Shown here piece by piece: positions 44,374 to 58,670 of a stretch of 64,000 nucleotides of DNA. The notes below the pieces were generated by a model that saw only the letters and a list, made by a program, of their open reading frames with translations, did no database searches and was not told the origin of the DNA. The DNA is from the human T2T-CHM13v2.0 reference genome, Homo sapiens. The number at the start of each line of letters is the position of its first letter. Position 1 is the first letter of the stretch. Where the stretch lies: assembly GCF_009914755.1 (NCBI RefSeq), contig NC_060940.1, one strand, 5' to 3'. The translations under genes were made by a program, and so were the position numbers.

Positions 44374-44785
44374 TTCATCCATACCCCTGCAAAGGACATG
44401 AACTCATTCTTTTTTATGGCTGCATAGTATTCCATGGTGTATATATGCCACATTTTCTTTATCCAGTCTATCATTGATGGGCGTTTGGGTTGGAATAAAC
44501 ACAGGAACAGAAAACCAAATACCGCATGTTCTCACTCATAAGTAGGAGTTGAACAATGAGAAAATATGGACACAGGGAGGGGAACATCACACACTGGGAC
44601 CTGTCAGGGGGTGGGGAGCAAGGGGAGGGAGAACGTTAGGACAAATATTTCATGCGTGCGGGGCTTAAAACCTAGATGATGGGTTGATGGGTGCAGCAGA
44701 CCAACATGGCACATGTATACCTGTGTAACAGACCTACATGTTCTGCACATGTATCCCAGAACTTAAAGTAAAATTTAGAAAAAAA
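44374..44785 (+). mobile_element. L1PA7/8-type insertion with 5' inversion
   Basis: Antisense 44374-44493, sense about 44497-44785, TSD agaaa(t/c)agtcttctc at 44359 and 44786. Confidence 0.92.
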
Positions 44786-45273
44786 AGAAACAGTCTTCTC
44801 TGAATATATGTGGTATACATCTCTTGATTGGGGACCTATTTATTAGTTTTTCTCTGGGAATGATCTGGTTGATTGGAGAACTCTGGTTTCACTGACTTCA
44901 AAGCAAGCCATATATGGTCTTAGAACCATGATTTCCTGACAAATTCACATTAACAGCCCTAATAATAGTTAATGTATAAACAATTTATTGTATCACAAAC
45001 CCTTTGTGGTCTTTCTCACACTTAATCCACATTATAAGACAGTATGGTTGATCCTGCTGTTGCTGTTTACAGAGGATGAAATTGGGACTGGAGTGAATAA
45101 AGTACTCACAATCACAGGACCAGTGAATGGGGTGGAATAAGAATGCAAGGCCTGACAGCCCGACTCTAGGGTTTAAAGTATTGAGCAGCACAGTGTGGCT
45201 CAGCTGTCATATAGAGGCACTCACTTTTCACTTGCTGGACTTGGAGGGTTTGGTTTGAGGTCTGTAAATTCTT

Positions 45274-45282
45274 TCTCGCTCG

Positions 45283-45337
<55 letters not shown>

Positions 45338-45420
45338 TTCTTTTCTTTCTTTCTTTCTTTCTTTCTCCTTCTGTCTTTCTCTCTTTCTTTTGTTTCTTTT
45401 CTTTTTTTTTTTTTTTTTTT
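45274..45420. repeat. (TTTC)n microsatellite grown from an Alu tail
   Basis: Lies inside the Alu TSD pair aggtctg(t/c)aaattctt (45258 and 45703). Confidence 0.93.
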
Positions 45421-45701
45421 GAGACAGAATCTCACTCTGTCACCCAGGTTGGAGTACAGTAGCACGATCTTGGCTCACTGTAACCTTCACCTCCCAGTTC
45501 AAGCTCTTCTGTTGCTTCAGACCCCCAGGTAGCTGGGATTACAGGCATCCACAACAACGCCAGGCTAATTTTTGTATTTTTAGTAGAGACGAGGTTTCGC
45601 CACCTTGGCCAGGCTGGTCTTGAACTCCTGATTTCAGGTGATCCACCCACCTCGGCCTCCCAAAATGATGATATTACAGGCGTGAGCCACTGCGCCCAGC
45701 T
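45402..45701 (-). mobile_element. AluSx-type SINE
   Basis: Full antisense dimer with TSD. Confidence 0.95.
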
Positions 45702-46239
45702 AAGGTCTGCAAATTCTTGATACCATTTCGTGATCCAGACTCCAGGGCAGGGTTGGAGAGAATGCCTGCTCTGTGGCTACAAGTCAGTTGTTGAGCAAAG
45801 CAATGCCAGGATTGATCCAGCAAGTGGAGTGAGCAGAGGAAATGAAGAAAGGCTCGCAGACCTGGGCATGATTTCTTCTCTTTTGTTACTGGAGACCTCA
45901 GGCAAACAACCTGCTGGGAAGCTGAGACCCCAAGACTGGAGACATCAGGATTGGAAAGATATCCTGAGCCAAGGGGAGCAAACTCCTCGTTGCAGTCCAA
46001 GTTTGTAGCTGAAACAAGCTGAGGGGACCCAGGCTGTCCTTCCTGAGCCTGAGCCTTGAGTGGCCACGTTCCAGGGTGATCATCTAACTTTGATCATCAG
46101 ATTGGGACACTTAATTCACTTGATGAGACTTGGGATGGTGCTTCTTGACCCTGGAAAATGGCAGTGATTTTCCAATTTAACTCACTCTGTATGGGTCATT
46201 CGTTCTCTGGGTATTACCTGGAATACCCAGAGGGCACAG

Positions 46240-47295
<1,056 letters not shown>

Positions 47296-47298
47296 TCC

Positions 47299-47771
47299 AG
47301 ACATTTTAAACCTGGGGTTAGTGGATAGGATTCAGGGAGTCTGAAAATGTGGCTGTGAAAAAAGTGACATGATTATTTACATGAACTCTAACTGATAAGT
47401 TAAAGAGTTTCGTCCAGTTACCAAGGTAGAGAACAAACCACAGGTGGTTTTTAGCAGAATCTGTGGCTTTGTCATCAGTCAAATCATTGGTATTTTCACA
47501 TCACATTGCAGTTGTTGCAGGTATCCCCAAATACTAGTTATCCTCATCCCTACCTTGAAATTATGGTGGTTATTAGGTGTGCTGCTGGATCTTGTTATTT
47601 AATGCATTAATACAGAAGCATCAATTGATAAATCACAGGTTGCAGTATTATCGATATATTTTATAGTTCTTTTTATTCTATTTTTATGAATTTAAAAACA
47701 TCCTGAGAGGGGACCCATAGGCTTTGTTAGACCAACGGGGTTCAAGGCGCATAAAACAGTTAAAAATCTCT
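47299..47771. mobile_element. MER113-like hAT fossil
   Basis: aacctgggg...tggataggattcagggagtc...ttttcacatcacattgcagttgttgcag...gatcttgttatttaatgcattaat. Confidence 0.68.
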
Positions 47772-49199
47772 CATTTAGATACAAATGCCTTGTCTGCATT
47801 TGGCGAGAATGGGACTCAGGTTGACTGGGGGACCTGGAGTGTGGAGGTCAGGGAAATGATGTTTAGAGTCAAGGTTGTTTCGTTGAGTGTCTGGTATTAA
47901 ATGGTATTCTCAAGCGCCCCAGTGAGAGAGGGGAATTTGGTGCAAACCCTAGATCCCTGTTGAGTCTTTGTGACCAGCAGGTCCTCCTCATTGCACTCTC
48001 CTCTCCCTCGCGTTTTCGGCTTAGCTGGTAGAGTCCGGTGACTATGAAGGGGTCTTTGGCTCATCATTTTATAACTGGGACTCAAGGAGAGATACTGTCC
48101 TCTAGATGCTTGTCTCAGACCTGTGATTTCGTTATCAATGCAATGTGAGTCATGAATGCCATACGTTGTGTGTGATGCGTTCTTTTAGGTTTATTAAATC
48201 ACCCAGGTGCTATTCTGATTGGGTGTTCTCATCATCTCTTGGGAAGATAGGAAATTTATGGTTGCCGTTTGCTCTGTTTAGATAATTTTCACATTTCTTT
48301 CTCTGCACAGTTCATTATTTTTTTTTATATTTTCCATAGAGATAAAGTGCTTAAAATATCCAGTTGAGAGCTAAGCTGATAAAGCTAACAGATCCATAAA
48401 TTGGGCCATGAATGACGCTTTAAGATGCCTGCTATGCCGGAGAGGTGAGCTGAAGCAGGCGGAGTGGTGAATGAGGGCGAAGAGTAGACAGGAAGAGATT
48501 CCTGTCATGGAGCATAAAGGATTCTGAGCTGGCTTTCCTATGGCCATAGCTGCTGCGTGTGCAAATTGAGGATGAATTGCCTCCAACCCAGGAGGAAGGA
48601 GTGCTGATGTTAGAGGTCCCAGAATGGCTTGATATAGGGTTGAGGAGGTAGCGCCATGTTAAATGAGTCCTAAGCTTTGCTGTGCTGGGGCTGGGAGTGC
48701 TAATTCAATGGCATACTCATTCTGCACCTGCTCACTTCAGCCTGGCCATCTTCCTCCTGAGATTGGGAAAAGAAAGGAAACTTAAAAGGCCTCCTGTCTT
48801 TCCTCACTATATATCTCTTTGTGACACAAAGTTGAATCTACTTTCCCAACTTTAATTATTTTCCCAACTTATTTATTACAAACATTCCACAGAACATGGA
48901 AGGAAAATATAACAATGAGTAATATGACATACGCTATATACTTACCATCCAGGGTCAGTGACAGTGAACATTTTGTCACCTCTGCTTTACCTACATTTGT
49001 GTATATTAAAAGAGGTATCTGCATGTTTACATGTGTGTGGTGTGTATATAAGCCACAGTAAGTTGTATGTATCCACTGTAGAAACCTTAGCCTGCATCTC
49101 CTCAGGATAAGAACAAAATTAATAACTCCTTCATATTACCTAGTCTCCAGTAGATATCCAGATTTTCCCAGTTGTCTCACAAATGTCTTTATCTATTAA

Positions 49200-49820
<621 letters not shown>

Positions 49821-49907
49821 AAATTCCCCTCAGAAAACTGGGATTCGTATCAAAGTTGATATGGTCTGTTTGACTATTTATACCTTTGAGTGTCTTCTAA
49901 TGTAAAA

Positions 49908-50247
49908 CAGTAGTTCTGAACCATTTTAATTTCAGGACTCCTTTATGCTCTTAGAACATATTGAAGAGCTTTTGTTTGTGTGAACGCTCTCTCTCCATGT
50001 TTGTTGTACTAGAAATTAAAATGAGAACTTTCTAAAATGCAGGGTTACCTGACCACATAATCTATTATGTGTGAAAGTGCCAATATCATCACTTTCAGAC
50101 ACGTTCTGGAAAACTCCCCCATACACTCATAAGAAAATGAGAGTAAAACATGCCCATAGCATCAGAGTATTACCATGAAGTTGTTTTGACTTGGTAGATC
50201 TCCCTGAAAGAGTTCTGGGGACCTGGACCACACTTTGAGAATTACTG
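49908..50247. mobile_element. Charlie-family hAT fossil (Charlie18a-like)
   Basis: Terminal inverted repeats cagtagttct / agaattactg; tcaggactcctttatgctctta...aagagcttttgttt...ggaccacactttgaga. Confidence 0.65.
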
Positions 50248-50389
50248 ACCTGGAGTTACCCCCTACCATTTTTATTTTATGACAATTTTTTCTTTCTTTA
50301 AAAATGTGTTAGTGAAAACTTAAAACACATGAAATATGGAGAATTGTGTGGAATTTTTTGAATGTTTCTAATAAGTCACTGATAACACA

Positions 50390-50635
50390 GCAGTAGGGGG
50401 TGGAGGTTTGAAGTTCCAGTGCTAGTTGAAACTGAAGACAATCGGGTTCACTGTTTAGTCCCCTCCACTTCTAAGTTGTGTAGTGGCCCCTTTGCTTCAG
50501 TTTCCTTATCTGCATAATGAGAATAGTAACACCTATGCCACTGTTAGGTTAAAAGGATTAAATAAAGAGCATATATCATGTAGCTGGGATAGTGCTTAAC
50601 ACATAGTAGACGCTCAGTGCATGTTATCTATGATT
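50390..50635 (+). mobile_element. MIR
   Basis: gcttcagtttccttatctgcataatgagaatagtaacaccta...aggattaaataa...cacatagtagacgctcag. Confidence 0.8.
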
Positions 50636-50640
50636 ATCTG

Positions 50641-50866
50641 TAGTGGGGTTTCCAGTGGGCAGGAGAGCAATTTTGCCTCCCAGAGGGCAGTTGGCAATGT
50701 CTGGAGAAATTTTTGATTGTCACATCTGGGGCAGGGAGTGTGTTGCTGACATGTGGTAGGTATAGGCCAGGGATACTGCTAAACACCGTACAACGCATAG
50801 GACAGCTGTCTACAACAAAGAATGACCCGGTTCCAAATGCCAAGAGTGTTGAGGTTGAGAAATCCT
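50641..50866. mobile_element. MER20
   Basis: ttggcaatgtctggaga...aggccagggatactgctaaacacc...gaggttgagaaatcct. Confidence 0.88.
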
Positions 50867-50867
50867 A

Positions 50868-51172
50868 TTATTTATTGATTATTTTATTTTATTTTCAAGA
50901 CAGAATCTTGTTCTGTCACCCGGGCTGGAGTGCAGTGGCACGAACATGGCTCACTATAGCTTCAACCTCCTGGGTTCAAGAGGTCTTTCCATTTCCCAGG
51001 TAGTTGAGACCACAGGCACATGCCACCATGCCCAGCTAATTTTTTTTTTTTTTTTAGAAATGGGGTCTCACTATGTTGGCCAGGCTGTCCTCAAACTCCT
51101 GGCCTCAAGCTATCCTCCCACTTCAGCCCCCGAAAATGCTGGTATTAAATGCATGAGCTACCACACCTGGCT
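50868..51172 (-). mobile_element. AluJ-type SINE
   Basis: TSD ga(g/a)aaatcctatt. Confidence 0.92.
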
Positions 51173-51935
51173 GAAAAATCCTATTGAATAGCCAATTGAA
51201 ATAGCTTCAGTCAAGCAGTGACCAGTTGTTGAGAGTGCAGGGGGTGCAATCCCATATTCAACACTGCATCATTCAAAGCTGGTTTATGTACTGAATGAAG
51301 GTAGCCAGCAGCTGTAAAGCCCCTACTTGGTGTAAGGCACCATGCTGAGGACTGCAGGAATCACGTCATGTAGAGCGCCCTGCTGCCAGTGAGCGTGGAA
51401 GCAACAGGAAAGCTGGAGACCACACCATATTCTGGGTCACCTCTTGTCTGTATTTGTCCCAGCCTCTTGTGCTTCACACGTCAAAGACATTCAAAAGGCA
51501 GCTGTGCATTTTAGTTTAAAGTTGGTGGCTGAAGCTTGGTGGGGAAGCTTCCCTTGATGCTCCTATTTTTGTTCCAGTTGAAGCAAATGGGGCAGTCGCC
51601 TTCCCTTCAGGGACAAGCCAGCACTCGAGATATTCCGGCCATGGCGAAATTCCTCAGTATGAACATCAGAGCTGCTCCTGGGGACCCCACACATGGAGGA
51701 GACAGACAGAGAGAGCACACTGTCTTCTCTCGTAGAGACCCACCCTTCTCGGCAGCTGCCTCTAGGCGTGCCCCTCTCACCATAGCTGCTGTGTCTGCTT
51801 CATCCATGTGTTGTTTCTTCGATTGGCTAAATTTTAAATAATCACATCTTTAAGGAACTGCATCTCTTGACTTGGGGGTTCTCGAGCCAAGCTGTGCAAC
51901 GGAGTCAGTTGTGAACTCTTTAAAAGTGGATTCCT

Positions 51936-52224
51936 GGCCGGGCGCAGTGGCTCACGCCTATAATCCCAGCACTTTGGGAGGCTGAGGTGGGCAGATCACG
52001 AGGTTGAGAGATCGAGACCATACTGGCCAACATGGTGAAACACTGTCTCTACTAAAAATACAAAAATTAGCTGGGCACGGTGGTGTGTGCCTGTAGAGCC
52101 AGCTACTCGGGAGGCTGAGGCAGACAATCAATTGAACCCGGGAGGCGGAGGTTGCAATGAACCGAGATTGCATCACTGCACTCCAGCCTAGTGACAGAGC
52201 GAGACTCCTTCTTAAAAAAAAAAA
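51936..52224 (+). mobile_element. AluSc-type SINE inside a MER5-like relic (about 51870-52300)
   Basis: Perfect TSD aaaagtggattcct at 51922 and 52221. Confidence 0.95.
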
Positions 52225-52616
52225 GTGGATTCCTGTTCCTGCTCCCAGAGTTTCTGCCACAGGACCCAGTAATCTGATATGCAGCAAACTCCCTAAGGGT
52301 TTATCCTACTTGAGATGGAGAATCTGTCCATTTGTCCTAGTAAATGTGCTTTGAGTATCAGAAAATCAGAAGTTCCTAAGTGGGAAATACTGACTCTTGG
52401 TCCACACGGTCCTAATTCCTTTTTGCTTTTTCCAAATTCCTGGGATCCATGGAGAGGTAATGCTGCTCCTAGTTTAAAATCCTCCTCTGGCTTCTCATTG
52501 TTCTCAGAATGCAATACACATGGCCTTGATCCTGTGTAGAAGGCCCTGCACACTTGGCCTCCTGCCCACCTCCATATTGTCATCCCAGGTTGATTTCCCA
52601 TTTGTTATCTCTGCTC

Positions 52617-52917
52617 TTTTTTTTTTTATCGAGATAGGGTCTTGTTCTGCCATTCAGGCTGGAGTACAGTGGCACAGTCCTAGCTCACTGCAGCCCTCTA
52701 CCTCCCATGCTCAAATGATTTTCTCGTCTCAGGCTCCCGAGTAGCTGAGACCACAGGTGTGCACCACCATGGCTGGCTAACTTTTTGATATTTTTACATG
52801 GGGGGGGGGGTCTTGCTATATTGCCCAGGCTGGCCTCGAACTCCTGGGCTCAGGCGATCCTCCCACCTTAGTCTTCAAATTTTCTGGGACTACAGGCAGG
52901 AGCCACTGCTTCTGGCC
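52617..52917 (-). mobile_element. AluJ-type SINE containing a G11 run (52800-52810)
   Basis: J-type arms, read directly. Confidence 0.92.
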
Positions 52918-53049
52918 AACCTCTTTTCTGTCTCAGAGCCTTTGCATCCATGTCCCCTCTGCCCCAAATAGTCTGCCTCTTGCTTTCCAAGTGTCTGGCT
53001 CCTTTTCCTCCTCCAGGTTTGGCTTTAAGGACATCCTATCTTATGGGCC

Positions 53050-53149
53050 TTCTCTGGCCTCCTTCCTGATAAAAGTAGTTCTCCCTTATACCCCTTGTTC
53101 TCTGGCCTCCTTCCTGATAAAAGTAGTTCTCCCCACATACCACCTTGTT
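53050..53149. repeat. 48-bp tandem duplication
   Basis: Identical 36-mer ttctctggcctccttcctgataaaagtagttctccc at 53050 and 53098. Confidence 0.95.
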
Positions 53150-54769
53150 TTTTGCATTTCTTGAAATAGTCGCCATTGATAAAATTAAACGGGATTGTAT
53201 GTTTGCTGTTTCCCTGACCAGCTAGTGCCACAGGGGCAGGGACCTTTGGGTCACCAGTCACCATCAGAGAACCAGCGCCTGGTTCAGTGTTTGGCAGATA
53301 GTTGGCACTCAGTTAGTATTTAGTGGATGAATGAATGTGTGCCTGGATTCCCTCTAACTGTTTCTCCATGTTTACTGAGTGTCCTGATCTTAGCACAGAT
53401 CCTGGAAAACTCAGCTGCCCCAGTCCCTCAGGCCCTCACAGGGGGTTCGGGCACAGTCGTGCTCCCGGGTTTATACCCACGTGCTGCTGAGTGGGAGCAG
53501 AGCCATGCTGTGCCCTGAAAGCCCACAGAAGTAGGTGCTGTTTTCAGCAGGCCTCAGCTTCTGAGAGGCATCTGCTGAAAGCTGTTGTTGGCACGCCTGC
53601 GTTGGGAGAGAAGCAGAGCTGACGAAATGTCAAAGGGTGAATGGGATAATCAGGCCCCAGCCGTCAAAACTGCCACCCACTCAAACCAGTCAGAGCCTAC
53701 AAGAGAAATCTTTCAGACATGTCAGCTTCTCCACGTGTCTAATGGCAGAGAGCAAGGATGCCCCCAAGGGAGGTTTGCAGGGGCCGGTTCCGTTTGCCTG
53801 GAGCCTTTACAAGCCACATTTGGGCACATCCATCATGGATACGGAGGCAGCTGGGAAGGAAAGGGAGGGCAGTTCTTCGCAGAGCGCGGGGCATCTGGTC
53901 CAGTTCCCAGTGTGTGGAGTAAATGCATGATTGGAGCCTCATTATCCCATTTCTGTGACCTCCTTCTTTTCTTCAACATTGGTACTCGTGAAGCAATGTG
54001 AAGGTCTTACAATTCCTCAGCACAGTGAACAGAGCTCACGGGAGCCTCTGGGAAGATTACGTGCTCCTTTTATTCCCATGACAAGGTCCACTGAATTCCA
54101 TTGAATTCACTTTGTTCCCTGGATCTCTCAGACATTATCCTAGATCCCAGAAATAGAGCGATGGACAAGACAGACCAAATAGGTTCCTTTGGAGCCTGCG
54201 TTTCTGTTGGAACAGATAGATGATATATTAAATACGTACCTAAGCCAACAGTGTACTTAAAGACTGTGATAGAATCCACAGAAGAAGGAGACAGCTAATA
54301 GGACTGGCAGTGAGCTAGGGCAGCCACTTTAGATAGATAAAGAATGTGAAGGATGAGCTCTAATCCACATCTTCCTCCCCATCTGTTTTTTCTAGGTAGG
54401 GAATGGATCTCTATTTCTCCTGCTTAAGGAGTCAGCATGAAGTTGTTATGTGAAGACATCAGGGTAGTAGAGATGTGACTTTTGTGGGGTAACTCCGGAT
54501 TTTCATTTGAGCCCCAGGAGGATGAGTCTTGATTTTACCACTGCTCAGTTTGCATGTATTAAGTATATCTCTGCTTTGTGGATTGCCCTGTGTGTTTCAT
54601 TCTATCTGCTACCAGACACATGAAGAAAAAAATAGGGCAAGGCCTCTGAGGGTTGGGCTTGTTTTCCCAAGGGCTGCTTCCGGAGTCCTCAAATTTCATT
54701 TGAGGTTGATAAGATGCCTGTTCTGCCGTCTACCTTCAGGATAGGTCATTCCCTATTTCACTATTATTT

Positions 54770-55350
54770 ATAAAGTAAAGTCGTTTGTCTTTATGGGTAT
54801 ACCCCAGTGTTTTTGTTGTTGCTTACTTAGTTTTTGGCTTCATTAACATTTTGTTTTCTCTTTATTATGTTTTTGTATTTTCTTAGGGTTTATTTCATTC
54901 TCCACTCTCTCCACCCCCAAGATTCCTGAGTTCAAGCTATAGCTATTTGCCCTTTCTTATTTTCTAATACGTACATGTAAGGCTATACAGTTTCCCCTGA
55001 GAACAACTTTGGCTGTGTCCTGTCACGTTTGCTCTATGGCACATTGCCATTTGGTTCTACATTGTTTATTAATTTCTATTTTGATTTTCTGTTTAGAAAT
55101 ATATTTTAAAATTAGCAAGTATGCAGATAGTTTTTGGGATTGGTTTTGGGTTACTTGTAGTTTTCTAGGATTGATGTGAGTGAGCGAGGTCCATTAGTTC
55201 ATCAACTTAAAAATATTCTTGATTTCCTTTGTGGCCTGTACTAGAAGTGTACTTGAAAATTCTATGTATCTTGCTTGTATATTCGGGTTGAACAAACTCT
55301 CTTTGGATTTTCTTATTTTTCTGATTGATCTCTGGATATCTTTTCATTTA
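54770..55350 (-). mobile_element. Very old L1M-type fragment
   Basis: T-rich; ttttctaatac...taaggctatacagtttcccctgagaacaactttggctgtgtcc. Confidence 0.55.
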
Positions 55351-55732
55351 TCCTTTCTAGTTGGTGTTTCTGCAGGTGAAACTATTAGAATTAGTTTTTC
55401 TTTTTGCTTAGCTCTAGCACCAAGCCAGGAATTTCAAAGTAGGAAGAATAAAACTAAATAACCCCTTTATCATCTCCCCAGGTTCACCAAGAGGATATTT
55501 CTGGTAATGAGACTTTATAGTGAAGTGGGGATGAGCTTATTGATGCAGCGAAACTGCCTGTGGCAAGGATGTCTCTGCAAAGACTGAGAGATCTACCTGT
55601 AGACCACTTTGAGGGGATGGCAGCAGTTGCCCTGGTTGGCTTCTTAATGAGGCATTTCTAGAAATACACCATTTTGTCCACCAGGAAAAAAAAAAATTCC
55701 AACAACCACATCACCAACAAGCATGCTTTAAA

Positions 55733-55998
<266 letters not shown>

Positions 55999-57077
55999 TT
56001 AAGGTCATCTCTGAGCTGAATAAGCCTTGAAGCAAAAAATCATCTCTTTTTCCCGACCTTAACACAGAGCTTTAGAAACCTGTGAGAAAGAGAAGTGCTT
56101 CAAAAAGACTTCACTGGTAGCCAAAATCATCAGAGGTGGTTCTGATAACCACTGGCGCTGCTGGAAAGTACTTAATAGAGCAATCTGTTATTTGGGAGCA
56201 TTAACAGGGTGGACTGAGGCTGGACTGTTTTCCTCTTCAGATTAAACTGCAGCCTGGGAAGGCTTTGGAGGAAGTGACAGGTAGGTGTGTTATGCATAAC
56301 TCTTCATTTTAACCAAACCAGCAGTTTCTTCCTCTCCTTTCCCCTATCATCAGGATGTCTCTGTATGTGACAAGTCTGTTGACAGCAGGCTCCTCCTCTC
56401 CTCCCTCCCACTTTTGTTTTAGGTGCCTGGTCTAACATATGAGGTCATTCACCATTATCTCGGAAATGCTCGTAGCTGGTCTGAAGTTGCTGGAGAGGTG
56501 GTGGGTGGAGCACACTTTTGACTCCTTCAGCATTAGATTCTCCCTAGCTTGCTTATCTCAGTTCACAGTTTTGGAGATGGATACTCAGGCTTTGGTTAGG
56601 GGGAGCATTGCTCCAGCAGGATGCCTATGTAGTAGTATTCATGATACATTACAGAATTTAAATGAAAATAATCCTTGCCCAATCAGTCCACCCATTGGTA
56701 CTGTCTGAGCACCCACATAATGGCACTTGGATAGCACCCCAACAAAGATCTCAATTCAAACCAAGTTGAATAGACCCAAAATGTAATCTCATGGAGCTGA
56801 AAATTCCAGAGGGTTGGCCTTTACCCCTAAGTGTGACGGAATCTGGATGCTCTAATGATGCCTCGAGGCATCTGTCCTACTCTGTCCTTTCCTTCTGTTT
56901 TTGTTTTATTTGCTTGGTGGGGGAGTGGCCACCCTCAGCTCCAAACTCTGTTTGACTATCTCAGCCTACCCAGCAGCAGGAGGGAGCCAAGTTTCTGCAA
57001 AAGCCTCAAGGCTTGGGCTCTTTGGGTTCACCTGGGTCAGAAACCCACCCGTAGAGCAGTCCTGCCAAAGAGAATGA

Positions 57078-57387
<310 letters not shown>

Positions 57388-57479
57388 AAGATGGCTTTTT
57401 GAGATGAAAACACAAGGAAAGAGCATGATGAAAGAGATGGTTCCTGAGTAGAAAATAAGAGTCATAGAAGTGGAAGAAT

Positions 57480-58012
57480 TTAAACAATTGCCATAGGGCC
57501 CAGCAATTCTTTTGTCAGGTATATGTATATGTCCACAAAAGATTTGTACATGAATGTTCATAGCAACATTGTTCACAATATCCAAAAGGTAGAAACTAAT
57601 CAAAAGCCCATCGAGGGAAGACTAGATAAACACATTGTGGTCTATCCATACAGCAGAGTATTTTTTATCCATAAAAAGATATAGAGCACTGACATGAGCT
57701 AAAATGTAGATGAACCTTGAAAACATGCTAAGTGAGGGAAGCCAGACACAAAAGGTCACAGACCTTAGGATTCCATTTACCTGAAGTGTCTAGAGCAGCC
57801 AAATTCATAGCGACAGCAGATTAGTGGTTACTGGGGGCTGGGGGCTGGGGGAGGGGTTTTGAGGAGTGGCTGCTTAACGGGTCTGAGGTTTCCTTGTAAT
57901 GAAAATGTTCTGGACTCAGATAGCGATGATGGTTGCTTAATACTGTGAGTGTATTAAATGTTTCTCATAATACATTTAATCTTATATGCATTTCACCACA
58001 GTCAAAATAAAT
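57480..58012 (+). mobile_element. L1MB-type 3' region
   Basis: cccagcaattc...gtccacaaaagatttgtacatgaatgttcatagca...gatgaaccttgaaaacatgctaagtg...gaaaatgttctgga. Confidence 0.85.
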
Positions 58013-58489
58013 ATTAACCCATTTTCAATTAAACAACTAGATGGAGCAAATCAGGATTGCTGAGTGGGCAAAATTATTCTGTAGCCCATGTCCATAGGTG
58101 CCATCAAGATCAAAACCAACACCAATGTAAGTTGTGAATGTAGGCTGAGCTATGGAAGATATGGGAACATATGCCTTTGTCTCTTAAGCCACAAGCCCTG
58201 ATTTTCATTTCCAAGTTTCTGCACTGTGGTACTGCCTGAGGTCCTGGGTTTCTGTAAAAGAGACAACTGTCACTCTGTACAGTACTAATCCTACACTCAT
58301 ACACATTTCTTGCCTTTTTACTCATGTGCGGTTTAAACTGCTAGGCACCTCACAGGGTTATCCTTCTTACTAGTTCAACTGTTAGAGTTTATTGAGTCTC
58401 TCATATGTGCCTGCAGGTTTTCTTAGACCTGTCAACAAACTTGGAAGTGTATCAACCATAAACCCAATAACTAAGTTTAATAAGTACTG

Positions 58490-58670
58490 ACTGTCTCCTA
58501 GCATCTCTGTTCAATACATTATTTTTTTCATTGCATTGTCTCACTCCAGCCCTGAAAGGTAGGTGCTATTATAAGCTCCACTTTGCAGATGAAGATATTG
58601 AGGCTCAGAGAGCACAAGGAAATGGCCCAGCTGGCAGGTGGCAGGGACAGAATTCAGACTCAGAGCCCCC
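58490..58670 (-). mobile_element. MIR
   Basis: gccctgaaaggtaggtgctattat...ccactttgcagatgaagatattgaggctcagagag. Confidence 0.8.

Larger units (their letters stand above)
52455..53340 (+). mobile_element. L2 3' region interrupted by an AluJ
   Basis: tttaaaatcctcctctggcttctcattg...agagcctttgcatccatgtcccctctgcc...agtatttagtggatgaatgaatg. Confidence 0.75.

Noticed and set aside
57833-57856. G-quadruplex-like G5-G5-G5-G4
   Set aside because: Lies in the G-rich tract of an L1MB 3' UTR, where such runs are commonplace.
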